64,000 nt of DNA from Octopus vulgaris (GCA_951406725.2 OX597817.1:152768001-152832000), one strand, 5' to 3'. Positions 39,301 to 54,696 are shown, counted from the stretch's first letter. Notes: a model not told the origin generated them from the letters alone. Program-made: numbers and translations.

Positions 39301-39679
39301 ACAAATTCCGCGGAAGTTGTCTTTGCCTTTCATCCTTTCGGGGTCGATAAACTAAGTACCAGTTGAACACGGGTCGATATAATCGACTTATAACCTCCCC
39401 CGAAATTGCTGGCATTGTGCTAAAATTTGAACTCAATACTTTTCTCATTCTTTTCGTTGTCTCATCTCTGCTTATGTGTGTGTGTGCATATTTCTATTTA
39501 TGGATATGAGGAGAGGAAAAGTGTTTACTTAGGTCGTATTCAGTTAATAAAATTGTAAAGTCTCTTTCTCTCTCTCCCTCTTTCTCTCTCACTCTTTTTC
39601 TAAATATATGTGTATATAATCTCATCCCGATCTTTCTCCAGACTGCTCCGAACCGCTTGTTGGAGAGGAGAGATAGATA

Positions 39680-40020
39680 TGTTTCTTTATTAGCCACACA
39701 GGGCTGCACACAGACAGAACAAATTACAAGGTAGAGCTTTTCTTTTGGGGTAAAAAAGAGGGGGTTGGTTTTCGATCAAAAAGGATCGTAAAAGGAAAGA
39801 AAGAGGACAAAAAAGGGGAGGATTAAAAAAAAGGGGGGGGGGGAGGGAAAAAAGAAAAGGGGAGAGGAAAAAAAAAAGGTTGATCAATAGGGATCGTAAT
39901 CACAGAATTGTCAATATGAAGTGTAAAGGGGAGGACAGTTGAGGTTTACCCGTGGAAAGAAAAGCCTACGGAAAAGACCACAGTAACCTCGGTCAATGAA
40001 GTCACATGTTATATTTCTTT
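39680..40020 (-). mobile_element. Probable LINE 3' UTR remnant
   Basis: Minus strand ends gcagccctgtgtggctaataaagaaac after a pyrimidine-rich stretch; resembles the SINE-B tail. Confidence 0.45.
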
Positions 40021-40052
40021 TTCTTTTTTTGCAAATAAGCAACTCTCTGGAG

Positions 40053-40126
<74 letters not shown>

Positions 40127-40260
40127 TTTTGAAGTGTGCAAAGTTTTCCTTTTTGCCAGCGTACGAATAAGAAATTGCGAATGTGAGGTGTCAAGTGCCT
40201 CGACCGAACGTTTTTGCAATATAACCATATTCTACTCTTATAGCATCTGTAATCTTTAAT

Positions 40261-40626
40261 CTTTTACTTGTTTTAGTCATTTGATTAGGGCACCGCCTTA
40301 AAGAATTTTTTGTCGAATGAATCGATCCCGGGACTTTTCTTTTTAAGTGTAGTACTTATTATATCGACCACAGTTGCAGAACCTCTAACTTACGGGGACG
40401 TAAACCCACCAACACCGGTTGTCAATCTGTGGTGGGAGACAAACACACACACATACACACATATGATGGGCTTCTTTCAGTTTCCGTCTCTAAATCCACT
40501 CACAAGGCTTTGGTGAGTCCGAGGCTATAGTAGATGACACATGCCGAAAACACCACGCAGTGGGACTGAACCCGGAACTATGAGATTAAGAAGCAAACTT
40601 CTTAACACACAGCCATGCTTGTGCCT
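40261..40626 (-). mobile_element. SINE family A
   Basis: gcagtgggactgaacccggaac...acacagcc. Confidence 0.85.
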
Positions 40627-40756
40627 ATGCAAATATTAATGCCATAGACACAGATTGTTGAGAAGGTCTTCCTTTATTATTTTATTTGTTTTAGTCATTT
40701 GACTGCGGCCATACTGGAGGTTTGTGGACTTGTCTAAATGCAACACTATACTAGAT

Positions 40757-41191
40757 ATTCTTTTCTACTCTAGGCGCAAAGCCCGAAGTTTTTGGGGAGC
40801 GGGGCCAATCGATTAGATCGACCCCAGTATTCAACTGGTACTTAATTTGACGACCTTAAAAGGATGAAAGGCAAAGTCGACCTCAGCGGAATTTGAACTC
40901 AGAACGTCAAGACAGACGAAACACCGCTAAGCATTTCACCCGGCGTGCTAACGTTTCTTATTTCTTTACGGCCCTCAAGGGGCTAAACACAGAGGGGACA
41001 AACAAGGATAGACAAACGGATTAAGTCGATTATATCGACCCCAGTGCGAAACTGGTACTTATTTAATCGACCCCGAAAGGATGAAAGGCAAAGTCGACCT
41101 CGGCGGAATTTGAATTCAGAACGTCAAGACAGACGAAACACCGCTAAGCATTTCACTCGGCGTGCTTACGTTTCTGCCAGCTCGCCGCCTT
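40757..41191 (-). mobile_element. SINE family B dimer
   Basis: Two units; TSD-like ctatactag(tg)gatatt on both flanks. Confidence 0.88.
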
Positions 41192-41353
41192 GCTATACTA
41201 GTGGATATTGCAGAATGAGACGATTGAGCTTGGCTGTTTTGGAGGCTGACTGGACATTCAAACTGTTTTGGTAGTTGTACGTTTTGGTACTGGAGGTTAA
41301 CTCATTCACATACGCACTGGCATGCAGACATATACACATAAAAAGAGAGTAAG

Positions 41354-41442
<89 letters not shown>

Positions 41443-42209
41443 CAGTGTGAAAGCGAGAAGATGAGGGGAAGAGGGAGAGAAACACTTCATATACACACAA
41501 ACATAATTAGATGTTCAGACAGCATCTTCGTCTTCGCTTTCACCTCATCTTCCTGTCATCGTTAGTGTATCGCTTCCGCCACATCTCGAATGAAACGTTA
41601 TCCTCAATCCATCATCCAAAAACGCCACAGAGAAAACGAGAGAGAAATGGCAGACAACTGAAGGAGGCAGAGAGAGAAAGAGAGGGGGGGGTAACATTAA
41701 AATGTCTGATGTCAAATAAGTCAGTGTCGAATCAGTGACGCCAAAGAGGCGGCGCCCAAAAATGGCAGTGCCATAACGTCTAATAACCTGGACGTTGGAA
41801 CCCTACTAGAGACCGATGGTATCAATATGACAGAGGTTCAAACTTACAACTTCGTCCAGCCTCACTACAGGCACAGCTGTATGGCGGATAAAACCCGTCA
41901 TTCTACCGCCACCTGCGGCATCTTACACATAGTATTCTTTATTTAGGTTTCAACTAATTGCTGAAGATAGAAACTCGTAATGTAGCTTAGAGAATGTTTT
42001 CATATCCGACAGATTATAAAAAAAAAAATTTAAAACAAAATTACGAGTGCTAGGGTATCAATCGACTCGGTAGTAATTTTAAATTAAATAACTAAACAAG
42101 CGAAAACACAAGACGAAAAACTCTGGCATCGATTTCTATAGCTGCTCTGACGCTGGACTAGCCAGAAGGTGAAATATTTTTGGTTTTAATGATGTCTTTA
42201 TTACTACAA

Positions 42210-42246
42210 CTATTATTATTATTAATATTATTATTATTATTATTAT

Positions 42247-42332
<86 letters not shown>

Positions 42333-42432
42333 TATTATCATTACTATTAATATTATTATTATTTTTATTATCATTATTATTATTATTATTATTACTGTTA
42401 TTATTATTATTATTATTATCATTATTAATATT

Positions 42433-42464
<32 letters not shown>

Positions 42465-42515
42465 TATTATTATTATTATTATTATTGTTATTGTTATTGT
42501 TATTATTATTATTAC

Positions 42516-42551
<36 letters not shown>

Positions 42552-42601
42552 TATTATTATTATTATTATTATCATTATTATCATCATCATCATCATCATC
42601 A

Positions 42602-42636
<35 letters not shown>

Positions 42637-42675
42637 GTTATTGTTATTGTTATTGTTATTGTTGTTATATATTAC

Positions 42676-42756
<81 letters not shown>

Positions 42757-42765
42757 CATTATTAC
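42210..42765. repeat. (ATT)n/(ATC)n/(GTT)n microsatellite
   Basis: Direct inspection. Confidence 0.95.
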
Positions 42766-43296
42766 TGATGCTAGTACTACTTAATCTGTGAAGCAGCGAC
42801 ACTGCTCTTGGCCTTTGCTGGCCCAAGCCAGACTGGAATGATTGATGTTGTTGGTTTCTAGCTTAAATGTGTTGTCAATAGTCGACAGGATTTTAAACTA
42901 CTGATTATTATATAATTTATGTGGCTAAGAAGTTCGTTTTGCAAAGTCGAGGACCTAGGTTCGATCACACTATGCGACACTGTGATCTAGTACTTTCATC
43001 AATGGTTTGAATGGAATTTGATTGACGGGAACCTTGTAGAGGGAGTACATACATGCATGCATACATACATACATACATACATACATACATACATACATAC
43101 ATACATACATACATACTTACATGCATACATACATACATACATGCATGCATACATACATACATATGTATGAATTTATAAATATTTACATATTATATATATA
43201 CATAGATATGTATATAAATATATACACATATACATATCTATACACATATAAATATATATATGTACACACAAATTATATACATACATATATTCAAAA

Positions 43297-43475
43297 TGTG
43301 ACCGCGTGTGTACCGTTGGCGATTTCTTTCCTCCGTCTTCCCTTCTCTGGATCTTTCCTTTTCCTATGTTTCTGACGAAGAGCTCCGCTCGAAACGTAAA
43401 TCCCTCCTTCTTCCCTTCCTTCCTGAGCGTCCAACAATACTATATTTGTTCCATGTCCTCGCGTTGATTAACTTT
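43297..43475 (+). mobile_element. Solo PLE terminal-repeat-like element
   Basis: Contains a hammerhead core; 3' end in (TA)n; related to 51255-51430. Confidence 0.65.
43368..43402 (+). ncRNA. Minimal hammerhead motif, canonical core
   Basis: gttt-CTGACGA-a-gagc tcc gctc-GAAA-cg-TA-aatc; helix I is weak (one mismatch). Confidence 0.65.
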
Positions 43476-43607
43476 ATATATATATATATATATATTTATA
43501 CATATATAACTATATAAACATATACATGCATATATATGCATATAGGTATATATAAATATATATATATGTATATATATACGTATACATAAATACATTTACA
43601 TATACAT

Positions 43608-43676
<69 letters not shown>

Positions 43677-43685
43677 CATACATAG

Positions 43686-43812
<127 letters not shown>

Positions 43813-44440
43813 GGCCAGGTCATCAGCGTGCGTCACTTGGGCTCATCACAGATTTCGCATAAGACACTTGCCTGCTCGAAGAATTTCACGTTTTTTTCTG
43901 CAATATTTCTAGCCCCAAATGGCTTATTTAATTTTATAAGTTAAGAGTAAAAATAAAGCAAACCTGCAAAACACAACTGATTTCTACTCACTGACGCACA
44001 GAATAACAACAATCAAATAACGGCAGCTGAGTGCACAATAAGCATCTGTGGTCTGACTGTCACCAGTACTCGTGACAAGAGATTCCAGTTAGTATTTTAC
44101 CTTTACCGGGCTCGTTCGTATTAACTCGAGCTGCTGGTTAATTTTACGTTCCTTTAACAATAGTGTAGAACGAAATCTTTTCATGGATTGAAATTTAAAT
44201 CCTAATCTCTATAGAAATTTATTGTTTCAAGAAAACATTGAATTTGAATTGTTTTAAATTTTTACGATTATAGATAACTGCAACTTCTGAACCCGAGTCA
44301 GGCGCTTGTGGACGATGTCGAATGATATGCTACGAATGATATTTTTTGGCACATGGCACCTCTAAGACGACCACCAGACACTGAATGAAAATAAATAACT
44401 GCCATGAAAAACACCTCAATTCTGGGAAGAGGGTATTTTC

Positions 44441-44573
44441 AAGTTAAAGGAAAGATGGAGACGCATTGTACAACAAAATGTTTCATATTTGGTTGATTAA
44501 AAATGTAATGGCAAGTATTTATTGACCTTTTTCTTTCCTTTAAAAATCGGCACGAACTTTCCGGACAACCCAA
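44441..44573 (+). mobile_element. Terminal fragment of the 36210 mariner family
   Basis: Reverse complement of 36210-36345 including the TIR, followed by TA. Confidence 0.85.
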
Positions 44574-44994
44574 TATATTCGCCTCGTGATTTTTTAATAA
44601 TTTCATTGAGAGCATCGCCTGCATTTCAGCTGTATGGATCTCTGCATTTATACTTCTCTGGTTTACTATATGATCTGTTAGCTGAGTTCGCTAAAGGAGC
44701 TTTCTGGCATAGCTGCACTTCTCTATGAACTCATATATTACACTACGAATTTATAAATATGTTACGGTATTTCTTTATGCAGTACTATACAGAGTCAAAG
44801 AACGGAAGTATGTGTGTATGCGCGTGTGAACGCGTGTGTCAGTCTGTGCGTGTGCATGTATATGCATATAAAAGCATACATGTACACATATGTATATGTA
44901 GATACGTATATATGGTGTATCGACACACACACACATATATAAAGATAAGATAACCCTGCGAGGGAATTATTTACGCCATCAAATCATGTGTGTA

Positions 44995-45037
<43 letters not shown>

Positions 45038-45604
45038 TTAGATATACATATATGTATATATATAATATGTGTGTGTGTGTGTATTAAATGTATGTTTTCC
45101 TATATTCACGTGTATGTATATTAAATTGAATAGAGATTCTTAATTGCTTTTTAGTGTTGTGTAAACAAGGATTGAATAGAGAATACGTATTAATATTTTA
45201 ATAACAGAGCGGCTTTTGTGCAGTTATAATAAAAGAACGCGAAATACCTTGTATTCCGGGGCAAATACCACTGACGAAAGGCGCATACACATACAATGAC
45301 AGACATAAAAACTATTACGTGCGCATGGATATCAGCATTCATGTATACACATATACAAAGAGAAAATTGTGATGAATTGGTTGTTAGAATCAGATTTATT
45401 CTTGTTTTTCCTTTTATTCCTCTGTTTTTTTTTGTTGGTTTGTTTTCCTAGGGATTATGCACTGAATATTGTTATGGAACAAGATTTAAAAAATGTGTAT
45501 TCTTATATTGAAAATCAATTTAATTCATATACTCTAGGGTAGGTTATTTAATTTTCATTGTACGTTAAATGACAAATCAGCAGGATGGGATGATTTATTG
45601 TGTA

Positions 45605-45643
<39 letters not shown>

Positions 45644-45663
45644 TCACACACATATATATAACT

Positions 45664-45836
45664 GAAGGAGCATGGCTCAGTGGCTGGAGTTCAATTCCCG
45701 GACCAGGCTGCGTGTCGTGCTCTTGAGCAAGACACTTTATTTCACGTTGCTCCAGTTAACTCAGGTGTAGAAATGAGTTGCGATATCACTGGTGTCAAGC
45801 TGTATCGGCCTTTGTCTTTCCTTTGGATAACATCAG
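45664..45836 (+). mobile_element. SINE family D
   Basis: tggctcagtgg A box, gagttcaattccc B box, cttgagcaagacacttt core. Confidence 0.7.
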
Positions 45837-45886
45837 TTATATACATGCGAATATATAAATGTATACATAGATACATAGATACATAC

Positions 45887-45917
<31 letters not shown>

Positions 45918-47279
45918 CATACATACATACATACATACATACACACACGCACACGCACACGCGCACGCACACGCGCACGCTCACACACACATATATATCT
46001 TAGAAGAAATAAGGTACTCAGAAATCTGGATGGTTTTTAATATTTACATATTTTTATTAATATGTCACATGTTTCTATAAATAATATATTAGCGCTTGCA
46101 TCTACTCTAGTAGAATCTTCAGATTTGAATGTGTTTGAGAGGATTCGTCTCTTTTTATGGTATTATTGAGTGTGAAGGGGTAGGGAGAGATACAGGATAG
46201 TAAAAGAGGGTGAGGACTGGGGAGAAAGTGAGAGAGAGAGTGTGTGTGTGTGTGTGTGTATCTGAAAGAAGTGTCAATAGAAAAGAGAAGAAAAGAAAGA
46301 AGGAAGAAAAATGTGTTTACATCTTTACAGCTGGTCAGTTCTTTCAATAGAAAGTGATGAGTTGATTCTTGGCCTTTAGAAATGGCAAAACCAAGTGGCT
46401 ACTCTAAGGGATGGGTCTTGATAAAAGTTATTTTTCAAAAAATCCATACGCGGTTTCAATTCTAAACTCTGCTACATATACATAAGTACATATATAGACA
46501 TATATGCATGCATACATTTTATATGTACACATACACAAACATACACACATGTTTGATTTTATGTTCAGTTATAAAACTAGTTTTGCATTAATCTGATGTG
46601 AGACATTGGGCATGTGAATTCTACCAAAAGTCTCGTGTACACCCGTGTCTTCAAAAATGGGTGGATAGAAGCTGCAGCGATACCCGTTGCATTTTTATCT
46701 ATGATTGAAAATACGACCGATTTCACCATACACAATTCAATTCTGATATTACATAAGGTTCCGATAAAGGGTACGCATTACGTATTCTGTAATTCAAAGA
46801 GTATGATGTTTACTCGATCGAATAAAAGGAATGCTGATCGTCGAAGCAGACGAAATAATTGCGTGAGTGTATGCCTGTACGTGTGTGTGTGAGTGTGTGT
46901 GAGTGTGTGTAAATATGTGCATGTGTGTGTGTGTGCATGCGTGTGTGTGTATGTGTGTGTATGTGTGTGTATGTGTGTGTGTGTGTGTGTGTGTTTGGTT
47001 CTTTTTCTTTCGCGAAAATGTCACAATGCGCACTGCACATAAAGAGAGATAAAACATGCAAGATCGATTCTGCAAATAACAACTAGGATGTGTGCACATG
47101 CGCACAGTGGCATTGCAAATTTTAGTGTAAGATAGCATGAGGTTACGTAACCTTTAAACGTACATACATGCACACAAATACAGACAGACAAGCGCACACA
47201 TACGCACAAATTTATATATATATATATATATATATATGTACATATGTTTATATATAATATGTGTATATATACATATACA

Positions 47280-47352
<73 letters not shown>

Positions 47353-47391
47353 ATACATATGTGGATATACGTACGAATCTTTCCCTCTCTG

Positions 47392-47439
<48 letters not shown>

Positions 47440-47792
47440 GTGTATATATCTATGCATGTATGTGTGTAGTGTGTATGTATGTGTATATATGTATATTTGT
47501 TAATATATGTATGCATACCGATGTATATATGAATGCGTACGTTCATATGTAAGCATGTATGTATATATGTATGTAAGTATGTATGTATGTATATATGTAT
47601 GTATATATGTATGTATGTATGTATATTTGTATGTATGTATGTATGTATTTATGTAGATATGTATATATATATATATATATGTGTGTATGTATATATATAT
47701 ATCTTTATAAATGCTCGAAATCCATATATGAATATCTGATTACATACATACATACATAGATACGCACATACATACATACATACATACATACA

Positions 47793-47858
<66 letters not shown>

Positions 47859-47876
47859 CATACATACATACATACA

Positions 47877-47913
<37 letters not shown>

Positions 47914-48240
47914 AATTATATACGTGCACTAAAAATTGCAACCCTGTATACTTAATCTTCTGAGTTACTTATCTCGATCTAACGTTATTTTCTTTATCTT
48001 AAATATCTTAAATATCTTATACCTTATTTCGTACCATTTTATATTTTATCCTTACTTTAGCATTTGCTTGCGGATATACTGCATCCGATGGGATTCCAAT
48101 GCGCAACATTTTATGCATTGTGTCAATGCCTATATATGTGTGGATGCTTGCATAGATTTGTGCGAGGGAATGTTGAATGTACCTGTACGCGAGAGTATAT
48201 GTGCGCTTAAATGTGTATTGAAAATGTGTACCATGTTTAC

Positions 48241-48271
<31 letters not shown>

Positions 48272-48577
48272 TATATAATTTAATATATATATATATTTTT
48301 TTATATAATTTAATATATATATATATGTATATATATATATACATATATATATGAATATATATATATATACATATATGTATATATATATATACATATATGT
48401 ATATATATATGTATATATACATATATATGTATATATATATATATATGTATATATGCATATATATATAAATATATATATATATACATATATATATACATAT
48501 ATATATACATATATATATACATATACACATATATATACATATATATATATATATACATATATATGTATATATATATA

Positions 48578-48628
<51 letters not shown>

Positions 48629-49195
48629 ATATACATACATACATACATAGATATGAATTTCAAATATGTATATGCATATATATATATTACGAAAGAAATG
48701 GAGAGAAAGGGAGAGAGAGGGAGAGATATGTAACCTGAAAAATATGCAAAAGATCGTTTTATGTAAACGTATGTCTATGTGGCTGTATAGATATGTGTGT
48801 GTGTGTGTGCATGTATATATATGTATACATATATACATGCAGGTATACATGTAATACATGTATACCTATATACACATGCACACACACACACATATATATA
48901 TGTAATACATGTATATAGATATATGTGTATATATATATAGGCATATATATATATATGATCTTACATATATATTCTTATATATGCAAAAATGTGCGTATTT
49001 GTGTGGTTTCGCGTGCGCGTGAAAGTTGCATCAGTGTGCAGCAGCTGTAGCAATGCACTCAATCGTATGCTGAATACACCAGTATGTTAAATAATATGAT
49101 TAGATGCGATTAGATAAAACATGAGGTGAACAATATTCGCTGCACATTGAACACTGCACACACACACGCACTCACAAACACGTACTGCAATCGCT

Positions 49196-49242
<47 letters not shown>

Positions 49243-49370
49243 TCAGAGCTACTCACAGGGTTGCGCATGTGTGAAAATCTGGAATATGATGTGCAATTGT
49301 AACAACTTGGAAAACAATAAATGCTCGCATGACTGAACAATTACAAGCAAAATTTTATACACACATACCG

Positions 49371-49401
<31 letters not shown>

Positions 49402-49661
49402 TGTATGTATGTATGTATGTATGTATGTATGTATGGATGGATGGATGTATGTATGTGTGTAAGTGCATGCGCATAATTATGTTCACTCACAATCTTGTAC
49501 GTCTATTTATGAGAGATTTTTACCCATGCATATGTATGTATATATGCACATATATGCATGTATGCATCCATACATATACACGTATATGTTTATATGCATA
49601 CATACATGCATACATGCAAACATACATGCATACATGCATACATATATGTAGTTATATGTAA

Positions 49662-49707
<46 letters not shown>

Positions 49708-49717
49708 ATGTATGCGT

Positions 49718-49752
<35 letters not shown>

Positions 49753-50189
49753 CACATCTATATATACGCATATATGCATATATCTATATATATACACATA
49801 AACACACATGTATGTATGTGTACATACACCCTAGCGTACTTATGTATATATACATACAAATATGTATATATATATATATGTATATATTTATATATACATA
49901 TATATATGTATATATACATAGATACTTATGCGTGTATGTATATATACATATTGTATATATATATATATATGCATGTAGGCACAGAAATATCAACACCGAG
50001 TCTCAAAATAGTAAAATATCAATTTACTAAATCATATAAACAAAGCAAAAAGAAAATTATACAACAAATAGAATTAAAAAACGCACACAAAACATTAATA
50101 AACAAATGTACACATACCTAAACACAGATATAAATCAATGCAAAAACATATTTATACAACGCTAGACACTCATAAATCAATACATACAG

Positions 50190-50270
<81 letters not shown>

Positions 50271-50305
50271 TACATGCATACATATATATACATATATATA
50301 CATAC

Positions 50306-50348
<43 letters not shown>

Positions 50349-50465
50349 TAGATACATACACACATATATATTTATATATATACTTGCTGATAGAAACCCA
50401 TGCAGACGGACACCCAGAGATTGGGTCTTATATATGTATATTTACATACATGCATGCATACATAC

Positions 50466-50540
<75 letters not shown>

Positions 50541-50700
50541 AACATACGCACATATACGCACCAATATACGCTCACACACATACAATCGCACATCTATACA
50601 TAAGCATACCTATAAGAATATACAAACATGCGTTTACTAAGAAGCGTGCTTTGCAATCAACGTCGAATTCGGGTAGACAGAAACGGTATGGAAACTTGCC

Positions 50701-50747
<47 letters not shown>

Positions 50748-50752
<5 letters not shown>

Positions 50753-50936
50753 TGGCAGGGCTTACTGCTAGGGAGTCGGCCGTATGCTAGAAATAGACGG
50801 CCGACTCCCTAGCAGTAAGCCCTGCCAATATACACATATATTAGAATTTTCTCTGACTCCTCAGATTTTTGTATGCTGGACTACTGGTTTTAAATTGATA
50901 TTAAAATTAATATTAATTTATCTCCCTCATTATTTA

Positions 50937-50940
<4 letters not shown>
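50748..50940. mobile_element. Small fold-back element in (TA)n
   Basis: Perfect 36-bp arms at 50748-50783 and 50797-50832, 13-nt loop, one-sided extension to (TA)n. Confidence 0.75.
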
Positions 50941-51015
<75 letters not shown>

Positions 51016-51018
51016 CAA

Positions 51019-51058
<40 letters not shown>

Positions 51059-51198
51059 TACAGCACAGAATTTTGTCAGTGAACAGGTCACGGTCTCAAA
51101 GCGACGAAAATATTTTGACAAATTAAATTTAAGTGTTGAAGTGAATCTAACGGTTTTTGTGCGTTTCTTAAATGGCTTATAAACACCTTACCTGCTGC

Positions 51199-51201
<3 letters not shown>
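51059..51201 (+). mobile_element. Solo copy of the 16995 family with G3:C8 hammerhead (51072-51122)
   Basis: tttgtca-GTGAACA-g-gtcac..gcgac-GAAA-atat-TT-tgacaaa; between (TA)n tracts. Confidence 0.75.
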
Positions 51202-51254
<53 letters not shown>

Positions 51255-51258
<4 letters not shown>

Positions 51259-51430
51259 AGCCACTACACACATTTTTTCTCTCCTTGTTTGTTTCTGTGT
51301 TCCTTTCTGTAGAATAGCATACGCTCGAAACGTAAAAGACTTTTTCTATTCCTGAGCGTTATACTAATATATCCGATTGTTTTGTACACCACCTGTCTTC
51401 GTCTTTTGTTTTTGTCGTGAACTCTCCCCT
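51255..51430 (+). mobile_element. Solo PLE terminal-repeat-like element with degenerate hammerhead (51303-51338)
   Basis: cttt-CTGTAGA-a-tagc atac gctc-GAAA-cg-TA-aaag; between (TA)n tracts. Confidence 0.65.
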
Positions 51431-51531
51431 ATATATATATATCTGTATGTACACACACATACACACATATACTTGGAAATGGATGCGTCGTGTTCAATTA
51501 AATAATGATAATTAATATATAATATATATAG

Positions 51532-51641
<110 letters not shown>

Positions 51642-52049
51642 GCATGTATATATATATATATATACATGCATGCATGTATATACATGCATATATCTTCACC
51701 CTTTTGATGCGACTCTCTACTCTATACTGTTTTCTTACCTCATCCTTCTCTAATTTCCTTTTTTCTCAGCTCCTTCCTTCGATGTTTTCTATCTGTCTGT
51801 CTCTCTCCCCTTCTTTCTCCTTTTCTCTCTCGTTGCTCACACGTAGCCATCGTCCATCTTTCTTTTTCTCACATTACCATCTTTCTTTTCCTGCAAAGAC
51901 GCTTGAAGGAACGGACGTGTTTTCTCTCTCTCTTCTATCTTTTCTCCTTTCACAAAAAATATTTCTCCCAGCGTTCACTATTTTCCCTCGTTCTAGTCTA
52001 ACGACTCTCCATGCTAGTTTTCGTTTGGTTTCCTTCTATCCCTCCACTG

Positions 52050-52290
52050 TCATTTTTTGTTCCCAACTTTGACCCTCCATAAATCCTAAATTTTATTTTA
52101 GAATTTATGGGAACAACTGTCTTTAAAGATTCATATTGTTGTTCAATGCTCGAAATGAGGAGTAGATAGACAGCCGACAATTGATGAAGGGTCCTTTTTC
52201 TGTGTTAACTTGTCCTGTTTTCCATTTTTTCTCGTTGTTTACGTATTTCATGTTATTTGCACTGCTGGTGACGTCCCGTATCCATATATG
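52050..52290 (+). repeat. Longer copy of the 21035 repeat
   Basis: gaaatgaggagtagatagacagccga...gaagggtcctttttctgtgttaacttgtcc shared with 21035-21178. Confidence 0.6.
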
Positions 52291-52311
52291 CATATATATA
52301 TATATATATAC

Positions 52312-52496
52312 TCCAGCATGGCCTCCTTTAGTCGAGCAAATCGATCCCAGGCCTTATTCTTTGTAAGCCTAGTACTTATTCTATTGATCACTTTTGCCGA
52401 ACCACTAAGTTATGTGGACGTAAACACGCCAGCACCGGTTGTCACGCAATGTTGAGGTGACACAGACACACAAACCTGTACACACACATACCTATA

Positions 52497-52534
<38 letters not shown>

Positions 52535-52688
52535 TATGACGGGCTTCTTTCAGTTTCCGTCTACCAAATCCACTCACAAGGTTTTGGTCGGCATGAGGCT
52601 ATAGTAGAAGACACTTGCCCAAGGTGGGACTGAAGTTATGTGGTTTGGAACCATATGGTTGGGAAGCAAGCTTTTTATCACACAGCCG
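52312..52688 (-). mobile_element. SINE family A
   Basis: Matches the family A consensus. Confidence 0.88.
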
Positions 52689-52718
52689 TACATGCATATA
52701 TATATTTTTACATATACG

Positions 52719-52779
<61 letters not shown>

Positions 52780-54387
52780 ATATATATATATAGAAACATA
52801 TGCATGTATATATATATATTGGAAGGTTTGGAGATGATGTACAGGTATTCTATATTAGAAAAAATAAGGTAATCAGATCGGATGGTTCATATTTATAGAT
52901 ATTTATTTATATATTACATTTTTTACATATATATCTATCATATCATTCAGATCATATCATTCGGATTATTAGCGCTTTCTCCCAATCCAGTGGGGTTTTC
53001 AAATCAAATATATATATATATTGATATAGGTAGTTTTGATGTGATGAACCATACAACTTTTATGTAACTGTGAACCTTTACTGACTTCACTATCTGAACA
53101 GAAACATAAAAGGAAGCTCAGTTATCTTACACGTTACATGTTTTCAACACTTAAATAACAAAGCTGAAATTCCTCTCATTTTCTACAATATTCACCGATT
53201 TTCATGGTTACCATACGAGACTTCACACGGTCACTTAACGTAGCCTTAAAAGAAGGAATGATGCGATGGACAATGTAGTTGTAGATAAAGTAAGCCTAAC
53301 AGAAAATATAAGCGTGGTCACGGATAGGACACATCTGAGCGTATGCATATTCAGTGAGGACGGACCTTAAGTTAAAGAATAGCTGCCATCAACTAAAGAT
53401 ATAAAACAGATTCCAATAAAACTTGTGGTTGTCTGTATTGGCAAAAATCATTTAAATGTATTCGTAAATTGTGGATAATTTGGTATATTGTTGGAGATTC
53501 TGCACTACTGATATTTCAAGCATTACTATTCTTTGAAGAGTGAAATTAAATTGTTTAGAATAAACACCAAGCAAATTTATTGCAAATTGCATCTAGAAAA
53601 GCTGGGCTTCTTTTTTAGAGAATACTTAATATCTAAACATTAGCCAATCTTTCTGTACACAACACAAACGGTTTTCTTGATAAAAATGCTTGATTAATAT
53701 TGTTTCTTCAATCCGCTGATGTGTGTAGTCGGCCATAAATCCGATTGAACCAAATCATAGCTAAGATAATACGTAATCCTGTTTAACTTTACATATGAAT
53801 AAACATCTATCAAATTCAACGCATTTCTAACACAAGAGTGTATTGAGTAATATTATATATATGTACCAGAGAATTAAGAATATCTAACTTGTTGTAGGAT
53901 TGCAACCCAACTGGAAAAATAAGACAATATCAGAATTTTACACGCGGATAGTAGAATCAATAACGCGATGAATAATATACCATATGCTATTCGGTTATGT
54001 CTCTTTATGTTCTAAGTTCAATTTGCATCCAAGTCTATGTCGACTTGCATCGTGTTCAATGAAATGAGTACCAGTACGAGTTCAATAAAATAAATACTAG
54101 GGGTCGATGCAATCAACTGTACCCTGGAAGACTGTGTACGAGTACGTCCACAGCACCCTGAATGAAAACAGTCAAAGCGTATTGAAGATAAATGAAGTCG
54201 CAGACGACAGCCTGGCTGAGGTGTCAGTCACTTGATAAGAAGACACACAACAGACAACGCACAACTGTGCAAGCTAACAAGCCTTCTATATACGAGGAGC
54301 CATCGTCATGTAGCCGGTGCCTAATTACAACTACATGGATTGTGCCTTTCGGATGTTAGGTTTCCATGGGCACTCCCATGACAGTTG

Positions 54388-54696
54388 GTGGAGGCACATG
54401 GTCTAGTGGTTAGAGCAGCGGACTCGCAGTCGAGGGATCGCGGGTTCGAATTTCAGACCAGGTGATGTGTGTGTTTATGAGCTAAATACCTAAGCTCCAT
54501 GCGGCTCCGGCAGAAGGTAATGGCGAACTTCTGCTGGCTCTTCCGCCACAACTTTCTCTCACTCTTTCCTCCTGCATCTTGCAGCTCACCTGCGACGGAC
54601 CGGCGTCTCGTCTAGGCGGGGAACCTATACGCCAAAGAAACCGGGAAAACCGGCCCTTATGAGCCAAGCATGGCTCAAGAAGGAACAAACAACAAA
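54388..54696 (+). mobile_element. tRNA-derived SINE, family C
   Basis: tggtctagtggttagagc A box, ggttcgaattt B box, (aac)-rich tail, 11-bp TSD catgacagttg at 54377 and 54697. Confidence 0.9.

Noticed and set aside
41511-41950. Unique GC-richer segment as a host exon
   Set aside because: No recognisable peptide or convincing splice sites by eye; needs RNA-seq.
47020-49270. TGCRCNC (MRE-like) motifs
   Set aside because: Readily generated by decay of CA/TG microsatellites in this context.
50784-50796. gctagaaatag resembling the synthetic sgRNA scaffold
   Set aside because: Only an 11-nt match with no other scaffold sequence; chance similarity.
54388-54462. Functional tRNA gene
   Set aside because: The acceptor stem does not pair; it continues into a SINE body with tail and TSD.
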